Assembly (NCBI GenBank): GCA_017472285.1
Contig: JAFUQQ010000013.1
Span: 8,527 to 72,526, forward strand
Length of the DNA: 64,000 nucleotides
Direction: 5' to 3'
Source: Clostridia bacterium
GTDB taxonomy: Bacteria; Bacillota; Clostridia; Oscillospirales; CAG-272
Below, one piece after another: positions 58,113-64,000 of this stretch. Below the pieces are notes generated by a model, which ran no database searches, was not told the DNA's origin, and was given only the letters and a program-made list of their open reading frames with translations. Each line of letters opens with the position of its first letter. Within the stretch, counting starts at the first letter, position 1. The position numbers and the translations under genes are program-made.

Positions 58113-59702
58113 TTACGACTGCAATTCGGATATCTTCATCTCATGCTCGCGACCGACAAGATCGTAAAGATATTCGGTGACTTCTTTTTCGTCATAAAGC
58201 TGAACGTGGAAAACGATCGTATCTCCGACGTAAAGCTTCTTTTCGCCCTCGTCGTCCATGATACGTCTGTTTTTGTCCGCGCGGATGATTGCCGTGATGA
58301 TCGAACCGTGAGGCCACATGATATCACGCACGGATTTGCCGATAACAAATGCGTGTTCGGAAATCTGTGCTTCAAAACGAACAATTCTGCGTTTGATACC
58401 GTGATTCTGTTGTTCAAACATATCGTCAAGTACCATGTCATAGAAAGGTTTGCAATCAAACAGCGTCGTGATAAAATATACCGTGAAAACGGCAATACCG
58501 ACAAAGAAAATATTCGTATATTGTGCCGTGCTTTCGATGAAAAAGACAGCCGCCGTGAGAGGCGCGCGCATCGTTCCGCCCATAAAAGCACACATCGCAA
58601 GCAATACGCAAGTACCGAATAATTCCTCGGGCATACCGATGGCGATCAGGATTTTTGAGAACAATGCACCGAGCAATGCACCGATGGCAAGTGTCGGAAC
58701 AAAGATACCGCCCGTCGCACCGCTATTGGATGTGACGATCATCATCACAAAACGCCATACAAAAAGTAGAACCAGAACGGAAAGCACCGTTTCTCCGCTC
58801 AACAAACTGAAAATAATACCGCGCCCACCATAAAGAGCTTCTGGGGCAATGAGTCCGACAGTGCCCGTCGCAAAGAAAACGATAAGCAATTTCACAAAAG
58901 ACGGAATCTTCTTGCCCTTCGTTTTCATCAATTTTGTAAATGCCGCGACGCAAATATCAAAAAGAGCGACCGCAAAGGCGATCATCACTGCCAGAAGAAA
59001 AATATATCCCGTTTCGGAAAGCGTGATCGGAACGAGCACGTCCGTATCAAAAAGGACGGGATTCATATTGAAAACGGAACAAAGCAGTTGATTGATATAA
59101 GCCGCGATCAAGGAAGTTGTGGATGTCATCAGGATCAGCATCGGCGTGATGCGTTTATGCACTTCTTCCAAAGCAAAAAGAATTGCCGTCAAGGGTGCTC
59201 CCGTCGCAACAGAAAATCCCGCGCAGGCACCTCCTGTCATAATATAACGGTTCCATGCTTCACGGTTTCGGGAAGGCTCCAGCATTCTGCCCATTGCCGT
59301 ACCGACAAGAACGCTCGGACCTTCGCTACCAAGCGGAAGTCCACAGAAAAAGCTGATTAAACTGCCGATCATCGTGCCGACAAATGTGCGGATAAAACGA
59401 AAATGCAACATACCGCGCATGATGCCTTCGCTTCGGGGGATACCGCCACCCTTGACTTCTGGCGATAACTTATGCAAATAACACATAACCGCCGCAAATC
59501 CTGCAAGTCCCGCAAAAAGTCCCGCGATATGCAAAGGATTCTTGCCAACCATGCCATATAAATGATGCGAAAATTCTTCTAAATGTTCCGCAATGAGCTT
59601 GAAAAAGAAAATGACGATACCGACGAGCGTACCCGTGATGATACCGTAAGTCAAACAAGGAGCAGTGTTTGCTAAAAACTCCCTGTGTCTGTATTTTTTC
59701 AT
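58113..59702 (-). CDS. ClC family chloride channel/antiporter with a C-terminal TrkA-C domain
   Basis: GGGIP, GSEGP, GGIFVP, RAPLTA motifs; RCK_C-like tail (IGKSVRDI.WP). Confidence 0.88.
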   Translation of the reverse strand: MKKYRHREFLANTAPCLTYGIITGTLVGIVIFFFKLIAEHLEEFSHHLYGMVGKNPLHIAGLFAGLAGFAAVMCYLHKLSPEVKGGGIPRSEGIMRGMLHFRFIRTFVGTMIGSLISFFCGLPLGSEGPSVLVGTAMGRMLEPSRNREAWNRYIMTGGACAGFSVATGAPLTAILFALEEVHKRITPMLILMTSTTSLIAAYINQLLCSVFNMNPVLFDTDVLVPITLSETGYIFLLAVMIAFAVALFDICVAAFTKLMKTKGKKIPSFVKLLIVFFATGTVGLIAPEALYGGRGIIFSLLSGETVLSVLVLLFVWRFVMMIVTSNSGATGGIFVPTLAIGALLGALFSKILIAIGMPEELFGTCVLLAMCAFMGGTMRAPLTAAVFFIESTAQYTNIFFVGIAVFTVYFITTLFDCKPFYDMVLDDMFEQQNHGIKRRIVRFEAQISEHAFVIGKSVRDIMWPHGSIITAIIRADKNRRIMDDEGEKKLYVGDTIVFHVQLYDEKEVTEYLYDLVGREHEMKISELQS

Positions 59703-59905
59703 GTGAAGTCCTCCTTCAATGGGATATTATCAAAGGATTATAGCATATTACACAAGAATTGTCAAATCTTTTTGGCAAATAAAACAATTTTTGAAATCTG
59801 CGTAGAAAAATTTTGAATATTGATACTGCCCACCTACAAACAGAATGCCATTTCCACGCACCCACGAGAAAGTTTTTGAAGCGGATTTGGGGTACGCCCC
59901 AATGA

Positions 59906-60655
59906 TTACTCCGTCAGCTTCGTGAAGCGGATCTCGAAAAGTCCTTCGTAAGTTTCAATGGAGAGCGTGTCGCCCGATTCGGTGTTTTGGAAGAAAGCCT
60001 CGGTGACGTTGTAGGTCAGAGTCTCGCCGTTTTCATCGCAAACGGTGAGGGTGTAAGCGGAATCGTTTTGTGTTTTTTCTGTCACGATGACGGGTGTGGT
60101 ATCAACGAGATGATTCTGTGCAACGAGAGAATTGGTCATGACAAGCATACCGAATACCGCCATCATCAGAATGAAATATTCATAAAATACGCTGAACGAT
60201 ACGTAGGCACGGACTTCTTTCTGATAGCGCAAAAGCAAAAGTCCGAACAGGATCAGCGCGAAAACAGCAGATGCGAGCCAGAGCTTCCAGCTTGCGCCGC
60301 GCAAAAGATAAAAGATCGGGAAAATGGATGGGATCATCAGAAAAAGTCCCGCGGGGAAGGCTTCGTTATCCGTTCTCGGTTTTCCGTAGCTCGGCAAAAG
60401 TGAAAAACAGGCGGGAAACGTAAAGACGATCAGCAGATGCAAAAGAAACGCGATCGGAAATATCGCGTAAAATGCGCCGAGATTGATATAGTATTCCAAT
60501 AAAACCGTTGCGAAAAACAAAACCGAAGCGATTTTTGCGTAGATATTGATGATCTTCATGAGCGTGGGATTAGAATGATCTTTTTTCCATTGCAGATATT
60601 CCTTTTCACGCGCCTTTTTTTCTTCGGGTGAGCATTTTTTTGCAAATACAGACAT
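59906..60655 (-). CDS. Hypothetical membrane protein
   Basis: SD GGAGG; about 5 hydrophobic segments and a small C-terminal beta domain. Confidence 0.65.
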   Translation of the reverse strand: MSVFAKKCSPEEKKAREKEYLQWKKDHSNPTLMKIINIYAKIASVLFFATVLLEYYINLGAFYAIFPIAFLLHLLIVFTFPACFSLLPSYGKPRTDNEAFPAGLFLMIPSIFPIFYLLRGASWKLWLASAVFALILFGLLLLRYQKEVRAYVSFSVFYEYFILMMAVFGMLVMTNSLVAQNHLVDTTPVIVTEKTQNDSAYTLTVCDENGETLTYNVTEAFFQNTESGDTLSIETYEGLFEIRFTKLTE

Positions 60656-60814
60656 AAAAATTCCTCCGTGTGTTTGATATTTCAAATTGTATCACGGATG
60701 ACAAAAAATTACAATATCCTTTCGGAAAGTTTTCAGACGGCTTGACGGTTTCCGCTTTTCATGATATGATAATCTTATCATCAAGCGGGGAATCACCGCA
60801 AAGGAAGGTATATT

Positions 60815-63013
60815 ATGGATCGTATCTATCTTGCAAATTGGCTGATGCCATCATTCAAGGAAAATGAAGCCGCATCGGAATTTTTCCGTTCGTTCAGCGT
60901 GGAAAAATCCGTGAAGAAAGCAACACTCTGGGCAAGTGCGCTCGGTGTTTACGCGGCAAGAATCAACGGTAAAAAAATTAGCTACGTTCTCGCTCCCGGT
61001 TGGACGGCATACCATGCGCGCGTACAATATCAGGAATATGACGTAACGGAATATTTAAAAGAAGAAAATACACTTTCCCTGACTGCCGCCGGTGGTTGGC
61101 GCATGGATTACGGCTTCGGCGGGAATCTCAAGGTCATCAAACCCTGGGCGGGTAAAGAAATCGCGGGTAATGAATATGCCGTCATCGCCGCACTTCTGAT
61201 CGAATATGCGGACGGCACGGAAGACATGATCGTAACGGATGAAAATTGGTCTGTCAAAGAAACAAAATGGCGTTATTGCAATATCTATCAGGGCGATATC
61301 TATGACGAAACCTTTGAAGGAAATACCCATTCCGTCAAGGTCATCGATCATCCGAAACACGTTCTCGAACAGCAAGAGGGCGAGATCATTGCCGAACACG
61401 AGCATCTGAAACCGATCGCGCTCATCCATACACCCAAAGGCGAAACCGTCATCGATTTCGGTCAGAATATGACAGGTTATATCTCCTTTACGCTCACCGT
61501 TCCAAAGGGTGAAAAGATCGTCATCGACCATGCGGAAATCCTTGATTATGAGGGCAATTTCTATAACGACAACTACCGTTCTGCCAAAGCCGAAATTATT
61601 TATATCGGTGACGGCACGGAACACACGTGGAAACCCGAATTTACGTTCTACGGCTTCCGTTATATTCGCCTGAAAGAATTTCACGGCGAAGTAAATCTCG
61701 ATGCTTTCACCGCCATTGCCGTTCATTCCGATATGGAACGCACGGGTTATTTTGAATGTTCCGACCCGAAGGTCAATCAGCTTTATCATAATATCATCTG
61801 GGGACAAAAAGGAAATTTCCTTGATATTCCGACGGATTGTCCGCAGAGAGATGAAAGACTCGGCTGGACGGGGGATGCACAGGTTTTTGCCCGTTGCGCT
61901 TCTTATAATTACAATACCCGTAAATTCTTCCGCAAATGGCTGACGGATATGACACATGAACAACAGCCGAACGGCGCGATTCCGCATATCATTCCCCGAC
62001 TCGACTGGGAATCCTGTTCTTGCGGATGGGCAGACGTTTGCGTGATCGTTCCGTGGCAGATGTATTTACTTTACGGCGATCGTGAATTGCTCGCAAGACA
62101 ATACGTAACGATTAAGCGTTGGATCGATTATATGTATGAACAGGGCGATGCGTATATCAGGAGCGGCAAGCATTACGGCGACTGGCTCTCACAGGATGCG
62201 CCCGATCCCAATAGCTGCGGCGGCGGTACGAGCAAATGGTTCTTGGCTTATGCATTCCGCGCATATTCGACTTCGCTCTTTATCAAAATTTCCAAAATCC
62301 TCGGTACGAATAAACGTGATATTCAGGAGTATACGGCAAAGCTTGAAGAAACGAAATGCCGTATCCGCGAGGATTATTTCAAGGATGGTATGCTGACGCT
62401 TATGACACAAACCGCACACGTTCTTACTCTGAAATTTGAGCTTTGTGAAGAATCAATGCTTCAGGCACACGCAGACAAGCTTGCGGAAATGATTCATGAG
62501 AACGGAGACCGTCTGACGACAGGCTTTCTCGGTACGCCCTATCTGCTCCATATGCTGACCGAATACGGTCATACCGACCTTGCCTATACGCTCCTTTTCC
62601 AGACGAAAATGCCTTCTTGGCTCTATGCCGTTGAACATGGCGCGACGACGATGTGGGAACATTGGGACGGTATCCGTGACGACGGTTCTCTCTGGGACGT
62701 TGGTATGAACTCTTATAACCATTACGCATATGGTGCGGTCGGCGATTGGCTTTACGGCACGGTCGCAGGTATTGAAACCGATGAAGACCATCCCGGTTTT
62801 GAAAAGATCCGTTTCTGTCCGAAAACAACGGATAAATTGACCTATGCGAAAGCATCTCTCAAAACAAAATACGGTACGATCGCTTCCGAATGGCATCATG
62901 ACGGCGAAAAGGTAACGTATACCTTTACCGTTCCGAGCGGACTTTCCGCAAAGCTGGAACTCGGAGAAGAAATCTTTGAACTCGGCGCAGGTACGCATAC
63001 GTTTGAAAGATAA
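60815..63013 (+). CDS. Alpha-L-rhamnosidase, GH78
   Basis: LAPGWT.Y, DFGQN, FYGFRY, PTDCPQRDERLGWTGD, TTGFLGT, GATTMWE, SYNHYAYG. Confidence 0.94.
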   Translation: MDRIYLANWLMPSFKENEAASEFFRSFSVEKSVKKATLWASALGVYAARINGKKISYVLAPGWTAYHARVQYQEYDVTEYLKEENTLSLTAAGGWRMDYGFGGNLKVIKPWAGKEIAGNEYAVIAALLIEYADGTEDMIVTDENWSVKETKWRYCNIYQGDIYDETFEGNTHSVKVIDHPKHVLEQQEGEIIAEHEHLKPIALIHTPKGETVIDFGQNMTGYISFTLTVPKGEKIVIDHAEILDYEGNFYNDNYRSAKAEIIYIGDGTEHTWKPEFTFYGFRYIRLKEFHGEVNLDAFTAIAVHSDMERTGYFECSDPKVNQLYHNIIWGQKGNFLDIPTDCPQRDERLGWTGDAQVFARCASYNYNTRKFFRKWLTDMTHEQQPNGAIPHIIPRLDWESCSCGWADVCVIVPWQMYLLYGDRELLARQYVTIKRWIDYMYEQGDAYIRSGKHYGDWLSQDAPDPNSCGGGTSKWFLAYAFRAYSTSLFIKISKILGTNKRDIQEYTAKLEETKCRIREDYFKDGMLTLMTQTAHVLTLKFELCEESMLQAHADKLAEMIHENGDRLTTGFLGTPYLLHMLTEYGHTDLAYTLLFQTKMPSWLYAVEHGATTMWEHWDGIRDDGSLWDVGMNSYNHYAYGAVGDWLYGTVAGIETDEDHPGFEKIRFCPKTTDKLTYAKASLKTKYGTIASEWHHDGEKVTYTFTVPSGLSAKLELGEEIFELGAGTHTFER

Positions 63014-63017
63014 GCAC

Positions 63018-63043
63018 AAGCCCTCTCGGTCTGAGAGGGCTTT
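63018..63043 (+). terminator. Terminator after the GH78 gene
   Basis: aagccctctc-ggtct-gagagggcttt. Confidence 0.7.
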
Positions 63044-63185
63044 ATCTCTTTAAGAATTTATAATTTCAATAAAAATATAAAATCTTATTGCAATTTTAAA
63101 CAAGAAATGATATAATGAAAAAAATAGCTGATGTTTTCGCGAACATTAGCTCAAAACAACAAATTTCATAAAAGGAGAGAGTATT

Positions 63186-64000
63186 ATGAAAAAATTCTTA
63201 TCCGCTTTTCTTGCGGTTTTGATGATCGTGATGATGCTCGTGCCTGTATCTGTCGGCGCGGATGATACGGCAAGCTTTACGGTCAACGCATCGAAAAGCT
63301 CGATAAATCTCGGAGAAGAAGTAACATTCACTGTCTATTTTTCAGGTGCAGCGGGTGTTTCTATTCTCACAGTCGTTCCTACATATGATTCTGACGCTTT
63401 TGATTTTGTAAGCGGTAATTTCGTAAATATTGCGGGTGACTTTGACGGCGTGGTAGGTGCATTTATGTCGATGTCCCCTGTTGCAATTCCTGCGGAAGAT
63501 GTTTTTCAGTTCACATTGAGAGCGAAAAAGATCACGAATGCTGCAACCGTATCCGCTTCCATGACGTTGCAGAATATCAGTAGCTCTTTCGAGGTAACGG
63601 ATATTGCGTTTAACGTAACCGGTGCGACCGTTTCTGTTGTTTGCAACCACACCTTTGGTGATTGGGAAAAGAACAATGCGGAAAATCATAAGCATACCTG
63701 TTCCGCTTGCGGAGAAGTTGCTTATGAAGCGCACAAATGGGATGAGGGTACAGTTACAACAAAGCCGACTCATCTGACGGAAGGTGAAAAGACTTACACT
63801 TGTACCGTATGTAAAGAAACCAAGATCGAAAAGATTGACAAGACCACAGACCACGCATATGGCGAATGGACAGATGCAAAAGACGGTAAGAACCATGTCC
63901 GCGTTTGTGAATGTGGTGATAAACAGACCGAAGCACACAAATGGGACAACGGTACAGTAACCAAACAGCCTTCCCATATGTCCACAGGTACCAAGACTTA
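63186..64000 (+). CDS. Secreted protein with a cohesin-like domain and Cys/His-rich repeats (runs off the window; not in the ORF track)
   Basis: SD AAAGGAG; MKKFLSAFLAVLMIVMMLVPVSVGA signal peptide; repeats H.W..GTVT..P.H...G.KTY and H...CxxCG. Confidence 0.75.
   Translation, partial: MKKFLSAFLAVLMIVMMLVPVSVGADDTASFTVNASKSSINLGEEVTFTVYFSGAAGVSILTVVPTYDSDAFDFVSGNFVNIAGDFDGVVGAFMSMSPVAIPAEDVFQFTLRAKKITNAATVSASMTLQNISSSFEVTDIAFNVTGATVSVVCNHTFGDWEKNNAENHKHTCSACGEVAYEAHKWDEGTVTTKPTHLTEGEKTYTCTVCKETKIEKIDKTTDHAYGEWTDAKDGKNHVRVCECGDKQTEAHKWDNGTVTKQPSHMSTGTKT

Noticed and set aside
59703-59770. Fluoride riboswitch or fluoride-type CLC
   Set aside because: No GGCGATG-type aptamer upstream, and the protein has GSEGP rather than the fluoride-type GREGT.

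Overview
A 64-kb chromosomal window, probably from a spore-forming Clostridia bacterium (Oscillospirales-like; inferred from gene content and sigma-A/Shine-Dalgarno signals). It carries housekeeping genes (eno, rpsU, rimM, trmD, HPr, uvrC, rsmD, coaD, uvrB, uvrA, ftsH, hpt), envelope and sporulation genes (split SleC-like cluster, MurJ/O-antigen-ligase/DUF4330 block, amidase, LRR lipoprotein, G5-M23 peptidase), carbohydrate enzymes (GH2, GH94, GH78) and a cobalamin-riboswitch-controlled ECF uptake operon. No rRNA, tRNA, CRISPR array, transposase or prophage gene was seen. The most notable observations are: (1) an unannotated type I toxin-antitoxin-like locus with convergent promoters and 5'-3' mRNA pairing (306-688); (2) a dispersed hairpin repeat family of about 12 copies with compensatory stem changes, five of which run directly into the ribosome-binding site of the next gene; (3) a 257-bp MITE-like insert flanked by an exact 31-bp duplication of a terminator; (4) a TerB-N/TerB-C plus DUF2791-ATPase pair split by a translationally coupled GH2 gene and lacking its usual Lhr helicase; (5) an orphan MazF; (6) SleC encoded as separate pro-domain and catalytic genes; (7) a transcobalamin-like membrane protein in the B12 operon. 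All family calls come from motif recognition by eye; no database searches were run.
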